Shown one piece after another: positions 9,533 to 18,681 of a stretch of 36,228 nt of DNA. The first letter of the stretch is position 1; each line of letters starts with the position of its first letter. A model generated the notes under the pieces. It worked only from the letters and a program-made list of their open reading frames with translations. It did not search any database and was not told the origin of the DNA. The stretch comes from Nitrospinales bacterium (GTDB taxonomy: Bacteria; Nitrospinota; Nitrospinia; Nitrospinales; JAJDAT01), in the NCBI GenBank assembly GCA_046757665.1, contig JBHHYO010000020.1, positions 1-36,228 on the forward strand, in the 5' to 3' direction. The position numbers and the translations under genes were made by a program.

Positions 9533-9765
9533 TTTTTCTTGAGTCGGGATTATGAATTACGTGGACTCGAATTGATCTGGGTTTTCCAACACGCGGCCTG
9601 AACAAGGACATCTTCATCCCGTATCCCGTTTGGCTTGGGCGCTTCCTGATTTTTCCATTGTTTTTTTATTTCGTCAACAACCCGGTTTGGATTAACGGTT
9701 AACATTGATTATGATAAAATCTAGGATGGGAGCAGATTATTGGACGAGCCAGCGTCGGTTCCGCC

Positions 9766-9837
9766 ACCGACCGTCCGGTGTTCAATCGAGCCGTGACCCT
9801 GCGGGACACTTGGGCGAAGATCGTGAAAGGAAAGAAA
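9766..9837 (+). repeat. Direct repeat copy 2 (duplicate glnS 3' end)
   Basis: Matches 8371-8442 with C>T at 9810. Followed by AAA TGA, whose stop overlaps the ATG of the next gene. Confidence 0.95.
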
Positions 9838-9839
9838 AA

Positions 9840-10418
9840 ATGATGAAAAAAATCCTGTTTTATGCCATGTTGAGTTTTGGATTGGTTTTCCGGTTTGCCG
9901 GCGGTTTTGCAATCGACATGGCGGCGGCCCAACCGGAAGGAGGTTCCATGACGCTGACACTTGCATCATCGTCTTTTGTGCACCAGGGCGAAATCCCTCC
10001 TGTCTACACCTGCGACGGGCAGGATATTTCCCCGCCGTTGAACTGGTCGGGTGTGCCGAAAGACGCCAAAAGCCTGGTATTGATCATGGACGATCCGGAC
10101 GCCCCGGACCCCAAGGCGCCGAAAATGACCTGGGTGCATTGGGTGCTATACAATATTCCACCCTCCGCGTCCGCCCTGCCGGAAGCCGTGTCTCCTGAAG
10201 CTTTGCCCAAGGGAACCGCGGAAGGCCTGAACAACTGGGGAAGAACCGGTTATGGCGGCCCCTGTCCGCCCATCGGCCGGCACCGCTACTTCCACAAATT
10301 ATATGCCCTGGATACGGTTTTGCCCGACCTGAACAAACCGGACAAAAGCAAACTGGAACAGGCGATGGAAGGCCACGTCCTGGAAAAATCCGAACTGATC
10401 GGAACCTATCAGCGGTGA
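9840..10418 (+). CDS. YbhB/YbcL family Raf kinase inhibitor-like (PEBP) protein with signal peptide
   Basis: YTCDG.DISPPL, DDPDAP, WVHW, YGGPCPPIGRHRY and YALD motifs; start set at the ATG at 9840 (MMKKILF...). Confidence 0.93.
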   Translation: MMKKILFYAMLSFGLVFRFAGGFAIDMAAAQPEGGSMTLTLASSSFVHQGEIPPVYTCDGQDISPPLNWSGVPKDAKSLVLIMDDPDAPDPKAPKMTWVHWVLYNIPPSASALPEAVSPEALPKGTAEGLNNWGRTGYGGPCPPIGRHRYFHKLYALDTVLPDLNKPDKSKLEQAMEGHVLEKSELIGTYQR

Positions 10419-10436
10419 TTTGTTCCTACTCCACCG

Positions 10437-11384
10437 TTACGCTCCCATAATCTCACCGCGGCTCACCATGATGTCGTTTGCCTTCTCCAGGGGCAACTCA
10501 AAGGGGTAATCGTTCTCCGATGAGATGGCGGGGTAGGTTTCGGATTCCTCATCCGGCAACGCAAAGATCGACAGCGTATACTCCTTGACGCCTTTCAGCC
10601 GAACGGTGTAAATCGGCTTTTTGAAATCTTCCTTTTTTTTGTCTTCGATGTATTTTTCAGCGCGCAATTTGGCAAGGGTGTTGATCAGGCTGTGCACTCT
10701 CGATGCGTCGGTCTTTTTGTCGTCGTCCAGAACCCAAACCGTTTCGGTAGCCGGCTCGGTTTTGGTTTTATCCTTGGAATCTTCGGTTGCCTCTTTCGTG
10801 ACCGTTTTCTTGAGAAGTTTCGTGGTTTTTTTGTTTTGTTCCAGCTCAATCTCCCGGATTTCATTTTTATCGAAGGAGAGGGCGGTCATGTCACGCAGGT
10901 CCGCCATCTCGTGGTCGAATTTTCTTCTGAAATTTTCCCGCGCATCGTAGACACGATGGTCGTCCGCCAGCTTGACGAAGGTGTGCCGTCCCGATGTGCT
11001 GGGCTTGCCGATATCAAATGCGCGCGTCAGCGTGTTTCCGGAAAACATCTTGACGGATATCTTCTTGTCGCCATCGAGTTCATAGCGGTTGTAATTTTTC
11101 GATTCCGACACCATGGCGGTGAGCGTGAGGTTTTTGGCTACGTCCAGCATTGGGTCGATTTTGCTTTTGTCCGCGGGATAGCCTTGCGGGGCAATGCGCC
11201 AGCGGTCGGTTTTTTCGAGTTTCAGGGAGTGGCCGGAGTTGGCGATCTCGATTTTGGAGATGTCGGCTTTGACGACCGGGGACAGTTTGGGAATCCGGTA
11301 ATGCGTTTTGTCGGCCTGGCGCTGTGTCAGATACAAGGACAAAGCTAAAATGACCGCGCCAAGAATCAAGTATTCCTTTTTCAT
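10437..11384 (-). CDS. DUF4340-like membrane-anchored accessory protein of the Gld-type ABC operon
   Basis: N-terminal TM helix, W....GYPAD and LRD motifs; last gene of a gldA/F/G-like operon. Confidence 0.75.
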   Translation of the reverse strand: MKKEYLILGAVILALSLYLTQRQADKTHYRIPKLSPVVKADISKIEIANSGHSLKLEKTDRWRIAPQGYPADKSKIDPMLDVAKNLTLTAMVSESKNYNRYELDGDKKISVKMFSGNTLTRAFDIGKPSTSGRHTFVKLADDHRVYDARENFRRKFDHEMADLRDMTALSFDKNEIREIELEQNKKTTKLLKKTVTKEATEDSKDKTKTEPATETVWVLDDDKKTDASRVHSLINTLAKLRAEKYIEDKKKEDFKKPIYTVRLKGVKEYTLSIFALPDEESETYPAISSENDYPFELPLEKANDIMVSRGEIMGA

Positions 11385-11387
11385 TTT

Positions 11388-13586
11388 TTAAAGCATTTCC
11401 CCTTGATGTTGGAAAATCATTTGAATTTTTTTCTTTCGCCTGTTGCGGGCCAGGCCGATGGCGACTCCGAAGAGAATCACTATTACCGGCAAGCCGGCGA
11501 TGTTGAAGGCTTTTGTAAAAATTTTAGTTCCCGGAGCAATATCATTGAGTGGGTTGAACTGTTGCTCCTTGCTTCGCATTTCGGCGATTCCTTCTCGATG
11601 GTTCAATGCGTCCACCACGTTCATGATGAAGGTAGCGTTGGTGCTCACACCCTCGACATCCAGCATGGTATCTTTGAGAATTTCCGCAGTAGCTATCAGG
11701 AAAATTTTGGCGGGTTTTCCTTTGGCCAGAGTGGCGCCTTTTTCCTCGATCTTCGACAAATCGGGGCTCTTGGACTTTTCATCCGATGAGTCTTTACTTT
11801 TTGCGGAATCGGCATCACTCCCCGGTTTTTCCGGGATAGGTTTGTCCGCAAAATAACTGGGGAATTCCCCCTCCAGAAGATAGGCCAGAGGAATGCTTTT
11901 CAGCTCATCCTCGGAAGTGGGGGCGCGAATGAGCATTGGATTTGTGGTGATGTTGTCGGTCATTTCCCAGGACCGGTCCGAAGAGGTAAACAACATGCTG
12001 GCCTTCAGGCCGCTTTTGGAAAGCGTTTCGTCATCCAGCGCCAGCGGGGAAATTTTGCTGACGACCAGGCCCTTGATGTTTTTCATGAATGGAACATTAT
12101 GATTGATGAACTGGTTTTGGATGACCGGCACAAAATACAGTTTTCGCTCGCCGCCGCCGAATTGGCGTGGAACCTGTTGATTGAAGGAATTTTCGTCCAT
12201 AACGTAACCCGGTTTTATGCGGATGCCGTAGTGATTCAGCAGTTTTTCCAGGCCCGTGTCGATCTCCACGTAACGGGGACCACGGTTAAAAATCATGGAT
12301 TGCCGGTCCTGGGGAAAAATTTCATTGTACCGGTCAAGAAACAGAATTAGATTTTTCCCGCGCATCAGGGCTTGGTCAATTTGATACAGTTCGTAATCCG
12401 TGAAGGTTTCCGTTGGTCTTGCAATGAGCAGGGCGTTGATGTCGTCTGGAATCTTTTCTTCGCTAAGATAGACGTTCTTGATGGTGTAATTTTGCGAAAC
12501 CATTTTGTTGAAAATGGCCAGCGAGTCCGGGTTGGGTTGCCCCATCGGCATGGCGCCGGAAAGGCTTGGGGTGCCGTGGTCGGCCAGAAAACCCAGGTCC
12601 TCATTGATGTCAACCAGGAACTCAAGGTTGTCGTTCAGCGTTTGTTCGATGTTGTCGATATTCACCAGATCGTAACGGGTTCCGATGATCGGTATTCGCA
12701 GGACGTTCAGTAGAGGGATGCGGAGAAATTTGTTGCCGTACTCCATCACCAGCCCGATGAGGCCCTGTCCGGCAGGGATTTTTCCGTCCAGAAGCGCCGG
12801 CCATTTGAGGCTCATGACGTTATATTTTTTCGATGCCTCCTCCAGTTCACGCTCGGTTGCGGGGTCGATATGATGGAACTCCAGTTTGTCATAGTTTTTG
12901 GCGTTTAAGTTTTTAACGATGTCCTTGAACTTTTCCGGAAGTCCCTGAAGACCCTTGAGCTTCATATAAGGCGCGACGTTTTCCAGGGAGGAGGAAAGGA
13001 ACAACTTGGTTTGAATTTTACCCGACAGATTAAGAAGTGCGCTGATTTTGTGGTTCAATTTTTGAATGGCCGTCGTCAGCTTGTATTCCAGGCCGTCCGT
13101 GGCGGTGATGGTTGGAATGCGTTCGACCAGGTCACCATGAATCAGCGCCAGCCCCATGTAGGCCCTTTGAAATTTGACTTCATCGTTTTCGATATTCTGG
13201 ATCTGCACCGGTTCGATGCCATAATCGCTCGCCAGGTCCCGGTTGGCCCTTGTTTCGGGCGTCACGGCTCCCTCTTCCAGGCTGACGTCGTAAAAGCGGT
13301 AGTTGAAAAAATTATTGGAATACAGTGCGTACTCTTCCAACAGGTCGTGCAAATACTGTTCGACGTTGTTGTAAGGCGGCGGCAGGTTCTTGGTGAAAAA
13401 CACGTTGATGGTCAGGGGTTCGGAGAGCGTTGCTACCATCTGTTTGCTGTAATCGGAGATGGAAAACATCCGGTTTTCCGTCAGGTCTACCCTGAAAAAC
13501 AGCGTGGTTCCCGCCACATTGACGAGAATAAGAACGATCAGGTAAATTATAAATTTAACGTATTTTCCCGAAACCTTCCCCATCAC
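11388..13586 (-). CDS. GldG-like ABC transporter auxiliary component
   Basis: N-terminal TM followed by RVDLT...FSIS, LEYKLT and DHG motifs, plus a C-terminal TM. Confidence 0.87.
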   Translation of the reverse strand: MMGKVSGKYVKFIIYLIVLILVNVAGTTLFFRVDLTENRMFSISDYSKQMVATLSEPLTINVFFTKNLPPPYNNVEQYLHDLLEEYALYSNNFFNYRFYDVSLEEGAVTPETRANRDLASDYGIEPVQIQNIENDEVKFQRAYMGLALIHGDLVERIPTITATDGLEYKLTTAIQKLNHKISALLNLSGKIQTKLFLSSSLENVAPYMKLKGLQGLPEKFKDIVKNLNAKNYDKLEFHHIDPATERELEEASKKYNVMSLKWPALLDGKIPAGQGLIGLVMEYGNKFLRIPLLNVLRIPIIGTRYDLVNIDNIEQTLNDNLEFLVDINEDLGFLADHGTPSLSGAMPMGQPNPDSLAIFNKMVSQNYTIKNVYLSEEKIPDDINALLIARPTETFTDYELYQIDQALMRGKNLILFLDRYNEIFPQDRQSMIFNRGPRYVEIDTGLEKLLNHYGIRIKPGYVMDENSFNQQVPRQFGGGERKLYFVPVIQNQFINHNVPFMKNIKGLVVSKISPLALDDETLSKSGLKASMLFTSSDRSWEMTDNITTNPMLIRAPTSEDELKSIPLAYLLEGEFPSYFADKPIPEKPGSDADSAKSKDSSDEKSKSPDLSKIEEKGATLAKGKPAKIFLIATAEILKDTMLDVEGVSTNATFIMNVVDALNHREGIAEMRSKEQQFNPLNDIAPGTKIFTKAFNIAGLPVIVILFGVAIGLARNRRKKKIQMIFQHQGEML

Positions 13587-13594
13587 AACTCCTC

Positions 13595-14299
13595 CTACGA
13601 TTTTTCCTGCAAGACCAGGTGCGAACCGTACAAGCCGATAAAGATGACACTTAAAAAGTATAGAATGTCGCGTGAATCCAGAATGCCTTTTGCAACGTTT
13701 TCAAAATGAAGGTTGGCGCTCAAATAACCGACAAAGGGGACCAGCGGCTGGGGAAGAAAGAAAAGGACATAATGCAAGATCGTCAGGGTGAAGCAGATAC
13801 CGGTCCCTATGATAAAAGCGATAATTTGGTTTCGCGTCAGCGAGGAGGCGAAGAGCCCGATGGATGAAAAGGCTGCTCCCAGTAAAACAGCGCCGGTGTA
13901 ACCGCCTATAACGGGCCCCCAGTCGAGCTGGCCGAAGAATGCGATGAATACTGCGTAAGACAGCGTTGGCGCCAGCATGGCCGCCACAAAGAAAACCGCC
14001 GCCAGAAACTTGCCCACAACAATGTCCCGGAAAGTCACCGGTAACGTCAGCAACGTCTCGTACGAGCCCAGGCTCAACTCCTCGGCGAACAATCGCATGG
14101 TGACGGCGGGGATGACAAAAGCAAACGTCAAGGGAAGCAGTTCAAAAAAACTGCGCAACGTGGCCTGGTTGGAAAAGAAGAACGTCGAAAAAAACAGCCA
14201 GCCTGTCGCCAAAAGAAAAATGGCGATAACAATATAGGCGATGGGCGATACAAAGTAAGCCTTGATCTCTTTTTGCAGTATGTGAGTGACCCGTTGCAT
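13595..14299 (-). CDS. GldF-like ABC-2 permease
   Basis: KEIKAYFVSPIAY, TMRLFAEE..G..ETLLTLP, GKF and SSLTRNQI motifs; hydrophobic. Confidence 0.9.
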   Translation of the reverse strand: MQRVTHILQKEIKAYFVSPIAYIVIAIFLLATGWLFFSTFFFSNQATLRSFFELLPLTFAFVIPAVTMRLFAEELSLGSYETLLTLPVTFRDIVVGKFLAAVFFVAAMLAPTLSYAVFIAFFGQLDWGPVIGGYTGAVLLGAAFSSIGLFASSLTRNQIIAFIIGTGICFTLTILHYVLFFLPQPLVPFVGYLSANLHFENVAKGILDSRDILYFLSVIFIGLYGSHLVLQEKS

Positions 14300-14300
14300 A

Positions 14301-15239
14301 TCAGTTGTCCCCGGTCAGTTCTCTGAAAATGTTTTCCAGCGTTTTGCTTTCCTGATGAAATCGCATCAAAACCCAGTCCGTCTCCTTGATTCTTCTATAA
14401 ATACTTTCCCTGGGGTCGCCGTTGGAGTCGCAGGTGAGCCGCAAATTTAACATGCCGTCCTCTTCGGCATCCAGCCGTTCAATAGCGACAACTCCTTCGA
14501 TGGATTTCAGCTGGGATTCCACGGATTCAATTTGGGCGTTTAAAAAAGAAAGATAGAGAAAGCGATCTTTGCCCATTGATTGTTTGATGGTTTGGGTACT
14601 GCCGTCGGCGACGATTTTTCCCTTGTTGATGATGACGATCCGGTCGCATGTGGCCTCGGCTTCGCTCAAAATATGAGTGGACAGAATGACGGTTTTTTCC
14701 TGTCCGATATGTTGTATGATTTTCCGGATTTCCACAATCTGGTTGGGATCGAGGCCCGATGTGGGTTCGTCGAGGATCAGGATTTCGGGGTCGTTCATCA
14801 TGGCGTGCGCCAGGCCGACGCGCTGTCTGAGCCCCTTGGAAAGCTCGCCGATCGTCTTGTGCATGATGGAATCCAGGCCGCATAAACCGGCAAGATGCCG
14901 CATTCTGGAGATTTTTTGATCCCGCGGGATTTCGCGTATTCTGGCGACGTAATCGAGATAGTCGAAAACCAGCATGTTGTGGTAAAGAGGGGCGGACTCC
15001 GGCAAGTAACCCATGAGTTTTTTGATTTCCAGCGAATTGTCGATGATGGAATAATCCTTCACCTGGATGTTTCCGGAGGTGGGCTGAAAATAACCCGTAA
15101 GCATTCGCATGGTGGTGGTTTTCCCCGCACCGTTGGGGCCGAGCAAACCCAATATTTCGCCCTTGTTGATCGTGAGGCTGATATGGTCCACCGCGCAAAA
15201 ATCGCCGTAATATTTGGTCAGGTTTTCGGCACGGATCAT
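14301..15239 (-). CDS. GldA-like ABC transporter ATP-binding protein
   Basis: GPNGAGKTT, LSKGLRQR, LDEPT and STH motifs; AAGGAG ribosome-binding site. Confidence 0.93.
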   Translation of the reverse strand: MIRAENLTKYYGDFCAVDHISLTINKGEILGLLGPNGAGKTTTMRMLTGYFQPTSGNIQVKDYSIIDNSLEIKKLMGYLPESAPLYHNMLVFDYLDYVARIREIPRDQKISRMRHLAGLCGLDSIMHKTIGELSKGLRQRVGLAHAMMNDPEILILDEPTSGLDPNQIVEIRKIIQHIGQEKTVILSTHILSEAEATCDRIVIINKGKIVADGSTQTIKQSMGKDRFLYLSFLNAQIESVESQLKSIEGVVAIERLDAEEDGMLNLRLTCDSNGDPRESIYRRIKETDWVLMRFHQESKTLENIFRELTGDN

Positions 15240-15334
15240 GAGGTCTCCTTTATCAGGGTTGGTTTAAAACGTAAAGCATGGTTTGAACGAGAGCGGCGGT
15301 CCTGACGCAATGAGTGGCGCGCCTCGGGCCGCAT
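15236..15334 (-). CDS. Candidate 32-aa leader ORF coupled to the ABC ATPase
   Basis: AAGGAG-7nt-ATG; reads MRPEARHSLRQDRRSRSNHALRFKPTLIKETS; its TGA overlaps the ATPase ATG. Confidence 0.35.
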   Translation of the reverse strand: MRPEARHSLRQDRRSRSNHALRFKPTLIKETS

Positions 15335-15545
15335 GGCAATTCTCCTTTTCCGGCAATTTTCAGGCCGGGTTCCAGGAGAACGGCGGTGGAATCGCTTTCA
15401 TGAATGCATGGCTCAATGCGGCTGAAGTGAAGCGTAAACTTTCCTGAATAACCCGAATGGCGATGAAGCGAACGGTTGGCTGTTTGTGAACGAGTTCCTG
15501 AATAAGCATGATACGATTTCAAATTTCAGGGATTCTGTTTGTCCT

Positions 15546-15575
15546 ATAATATAAAATCGGAAAATTCCCTGTCAA
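15546..15575 (-). promoter_or_regulatory. Candidate sigma70 promoter for the Gld-like ABC operon
   Basis: TTGACA (15575-15570), 18 nt spacer, TATTAT. Confidence 0.45.
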
Positions 15576-15663
15576 GTACAGGCGCACGGGAAAATTCCAT
15601 TAAAAAATCCGGAAAAATTCGTCTCTTTTTTTCGTCCTGCCGTTATTCTATCATGTTCGCGGG

Positions 15664-15927
15664 TCAGGGCGGCGATGCCGCCTCCGGCGAGTGGCAGAAG
15701 GTGCAGGCGCCCATCGGCCGGTGCGGCATGATGGGTGCGTTTTCTACCTTTTGTGTGTGACAATGAAGGCATTGCGGAACTTCCTTGCCGATGTGAAACT
15801 CCGTTTGGCTGAGCCGGGGCGCCGCGCCGATGAACCCGTAACCGATGCCGCCGACCAGCGCCAGACCGATCAGGCCCACGACGCGGAAAAAATTGCGCCG
15901 GGCGGGATTTCGTTTCTTTTTTGCCAT
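15664..15927 (-). CDS. Small membrane-anchored diheme c-type cytochrome (NapB-like motif pattern)
   Basis: CLHCH and CTFCH, each preceded by an AP...H segment; RRNFF plus a hydrophobic helix at the N-terminus. Confidence 0.8.
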   Translation of the reverse strand: MAKKKRNPARRNFFRVVGLIGLALVGGIGYGFIGAAPRLSQTEFHIGKEVPQCLHCHTQKVENAPIMPHRPMGACTFCHSPEAASPP

Positions 15928-15945
15928 GTGACGGGATGGGAAAAA

Positions 15946-16332
15946 TTATTTTTTTGCCGCCGCGATGACGTCCATTTCAACTTTCGCTCCCTTAGGCAAG
16001 GCGGCGGCCTGGACGCAGGCGCGGGCGGGTTTGTGACCGCCGAAAAAGGTTTCGTAAACCGCGTTCATGCGCCCGAAGTGGCCCAGGTCCGCCAGATAAA
16101 CGGTTGTCTTGATTACGTCGGTGCGGCTTAGCCCGTCCGCCTTCAAAATCGCTTCGATATTTTTCAGCACCTGCTCGGTTTCCTGCTCGATCTCGCCTTC
16201 CAGAAACTCGCCGGTTTTCGGGTCCAGGGCGATTTGCCCGGAAGTAAAAACAAAGTCGCCAAATCCGATTCCCTGCTCATAGGGACCGATGGCGGCTGGG
16301 GCGTCATCTGTTTTGATGGTTCGTTTGTGCAT
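15946..16332 (-). CDS. ridA: RidA/YjgF reactive-intermediate deaminase
   Basis: APAAIGPY, SGQI, KTTVYL, PAR and LPKGAKVE motifs. Confidence 0.93.
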   Translation of the reverse strand: MHKRTIKTDDAPAAIGPYEQGIGFGDFVFTSGQIALDPKTGEFLEGEIEQETEQVLKNIEAILKADGLSRTDVIKTTVYLADLGHFGRMNAVYETFFGGHKPARACVQAAALPKGAKVEMDVIAAAKK

Positions 16333-16364
16333 GATTCACCAAATCGTGGGTTGAATAAAAACCG

Positions 16365-17120
16365 TCAGCTAACGGCCATTTTCCGGATGAATGGATAGGA
16401 TTTCATTTCGCGCCCAACATACTGCGAAACCAGTTTGTGGGTCAGGGACTCGATTTCCTTCTCCAGGTTTTTGGGAATCTTCAACCGTTGCGACCGGTTG
16501 ACGTCAATACTCAACATTTTTCTGAGATAGTTGAGGGTTCCCGCTTGAATGCGGAGGTTCGGCCTTGTTTTCGGCGCGCAGTTGCGGCAGGCTACGCCGC
16601 TCTTTTTAAAACTGAAATCGATCCACTCGCCATCCGGAATTGTCCTGCAAACGACGCATTGATTCAAGCGGGGCATATAGCCGGACAACGCCATTATACG
16701 CATCTCGAACAATGGGCACAATGTTTCTGGAACGGGACGGCTCTTTAACTCCCGCAGTGCGTTCAGCAGGAAACAAAAAAGTTTCGTGTCACGGTCGCCT
16801 TCTGCCGCCATGGCGTCAACCAGTTCGTTGAAATAGATGGCGGTATAAATTTTGTCGATGTCCTCGCGAACCGATTGAAACGACTCCAGGATGTCGCAAT
16901 GGTTCAAACGGTAAATCCCCTGGTTTTCCTTGCCGAAGTAGATCATTTGAATGAAGGACATCGGTTCCAGCGCCGCGCCGAACTTGCTTTTGATATTCCT
17001 TGCACCCTTGGCGGCGCATTTGATTTTGCCGTGATCCTCGGTGAGAAGTGTGATCAGCTTGTCTTTCTCGGCAAGGTTGATGACGCGCAGGACAATGGCT
17101 TTGGTATTATAGAGTCCCAT
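16365..17120 (-). CDS. recO: DNA repair protein RecO
   Basis: AIVLR...EKDKL..LLT..HGK..AKGA OB-fold and Zn-binding CVVC/CRNC. Confidence 0.93.
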   Translation of the reverse strand: MGLYNTKAIVLRVINLAEKDKLITLLTEDHGKIKCAAKGARNIKSKFGAALEPMSFIQMIYFGKENQGIYRLNHCDILESFQSVREDIDKIYTAIYFNELVDAMAAEGDRDTKLFCFLLNALRELKSRPVPETLCPLFEMRIMALSGYMPRLNQCVVCRTIPDGEWIDFSFKKSGVACRNCAPKTRPNLRIQAGTLNYLRKMLSIDVNRSQRLKIPKNLEKEIESLTHKLVSQYVGREMKSYPFIRKMAVS

Positions 17121-17616
17121 GGCGGGTTTGTTCCAAATCGAGCAGAAATTGTTTGATATGTGTGCCCCCGGTGTAGCCGCCCAGGCAACCGTTTTCCCGG
17201 ATCACCCGGTGGCAGGGAATAATGATGGGAAGGGGATTCCTGCCGTTGGCGTTGCCCGCGGCCCGGTAGGCGGCGGGTTTGCCGATGGCCCGAGCCAGCC
17301 ACCGGTAGCTTCGGGTTTTGCCGTAAGGGATGGTTCTCAATTTCCGCCACACAAGACATTGAAACGGCGTTGCCGTGCCGAAGTCCGGACGGTAAACGAA
17401 TTGTTTCAACCGGCCCTTAAAGTAAAGGTTGAACTGGGTCTTCATGTCGCTAAACGCCCGCGGCCGCTTCGACGGAATTTGCCGGTAAAGCGTTGCCAGG
17501 TATTCCGCAAACTCGGTTTCGCTTGCAAGTTGCAAGCGGACGCGGACAAGACCTGTTTCGCTGGACGCCAGGCCAATCAAGCCCAATGGCGAATGAATAA
17601 GGGTATAAAACAACAT
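17107..17616 (-). CDS. ogt: Methylated-DNA--protein-cysteine methyltransferase
   Basis: TPFQ..VW, IPYG, RAAG.ANG.NP and PCHRV active site. Confidence 0.95.
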   Translation of the reverse strand: MLFYTLIHSPLGLIGLASSETGLVRVRLQLASETEFAEYLATLYRQIPSKRPRAFSDMKTQFNLYFKGRLKQFVYRPDFGTATPFQCLVWRKLRTIPYGKTRSYRWLARAIGKPAAYRAAGNANGRNPLPIIIPCHRVIRENGCLGGYTGGTHIKQFLLDLEQTRHGTL

Positions 17617-17645
17617 GGGGTATAAAGCAACCTGTTGTGGGATGG

Positions 17646-18554
17646 TTACAATAATTTCCGCAGGCCCGCAAACAGGGGAGTCAACGAATCCTCGACCTTG
17701 ATGGCGCGGGTCGCGCGCGATCTTATCGCCGACAACAAGTCCGCGTGGTGTCCCGAATCGTAGCCGGTCACCGTGGTGCCGATGATCAGGTTCAAATGAT
17801 CGTCGCTGGAGCCAATGGCGGCCAGCCCCAGCTCGGCTGAATAATTTTTCTCGTAGCCGTGACCAGTACTGATGTCCTCAATTCCATCTACCAGGCCCAG
17901 CAAGTGCTGGCGTATCAGGGAAATTGGTGCACCGAAGGGATAATGGCGTTCGACTTCCGGGTGGGGAATGATGGCGATACCGCCAAGGGATTTCGCCAAC
18001 CGGGCCGGCAATTCCATTGGCCCCATCTGGGTGTCGAACCGCGAAAAATTCCGGGCAATATCGGAATATGTTTTTGGGTTCAGGTAATCTTCCGGAAACA
18101 CAAGGATCAAATGGCCTTGTTGGGTGCTGATCTCAAAACCCGGGTAAACGGTTACGGGATTCAGGGAGTCGTGCTCCCATTGGTGAAATTGCCGCCGGCG
18201 TTCCTCGAAGGAGAGCAGTGACTGTTGCAGGAGAAATTTGCGTGGCATCAAATGTTCGGTGATAACCAGAAAATCGAGGCCCAGGGCCGCCGCCCGAACC
18301 ATAAGCTCCTTGACCGGAAAAGCGCCGTCGGAAAAAATCGAGTGGCAGTGGGTTTCGCCGACAACCAGGCGCGGATTTTGTCGTTTTAGCCGGCGAATGT
18401 TTCGTTTGATACGTTTGTCGAGAAAACGGTTGGCGGCCAGTCCGGAAACCGGAGCAAGCATCCGCACCTTGGCCGAGGCGGGAATGGCCAGGCCCGCAGA
18501 GGCCGCGCCAATCACGACCCCCGCCGCGCTTTTCAAAAAACCTCTTCTGTTCAT
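17646..18554 (-). CDS. Tat-exported PHP-domain phosphoesterase-like protein
   Basis: NRRGFLK twin-arginine signal; THCHSIFSDG, ITEH, FEIST..GH, PHP and SSDDH metal motifs. Confidence 0.85.
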   Translation of the reverse strand: MNRRGFLKSAAGVVIGAASAGLAIPASAKVRMLAPVSGLAANRFLDKRIKRNIRRLKRQNPRLVVGETHCHSIFSDGAFPVKELMVRAAALGLDFLVITEHLMPRKFLLQQSLLSFEERRRQFHQWEHDSLNPVTVYPGFEISTQQGHLILVFPEDYLNPKTYSDIARNFSRFDTQMGPMELPARLAKSLGGIAIIPHPEVERHYPFGAPISLIRQHLLGLVDGIEDISTGHGYEKNYSAELGLAAIGSSDDHLNLIIGTTVTGYDSGHHADLLSAIRSRATRAIKVEDSLTPLFAGLRKLL

Positions 18555-18681
18555 AAGTTCTTTGTCTTCAACCTCAAAAATAGATTAAACCGGCGACGGC
18601 TATTTAAAAAGGATAACACATTTTCTTTTCGCCTGTGGGGGCAGGCATGTCCGCTCTTCCGGCAAGCGGGATTGGGTCGTT

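Noticed and set aside
8371-9837. CRISPR or IS interpretation of the repeats
   Set aside because: There are only two direct copies, both derived from coding sequence, with no spacers, terminal inverted repeats, cas genes or transposase.
9705-9839. N-terminal extension of the YbhB ORF
   Set aside because: It is an off-frame reading of the duplicated glnS tail; the signal peptide starts at 9840.
10437-15239. Gliding motility system
   Set aside because: GldA/F/G-like ABC operons are widespread in non-gliding bacteria, and no other gld/spr genes are present.
15253-15522. 89-aa minus-strand ORF in the ABC leader
   Set aside because: It has no RBS or motifs, and a different short frame has better translation signals.
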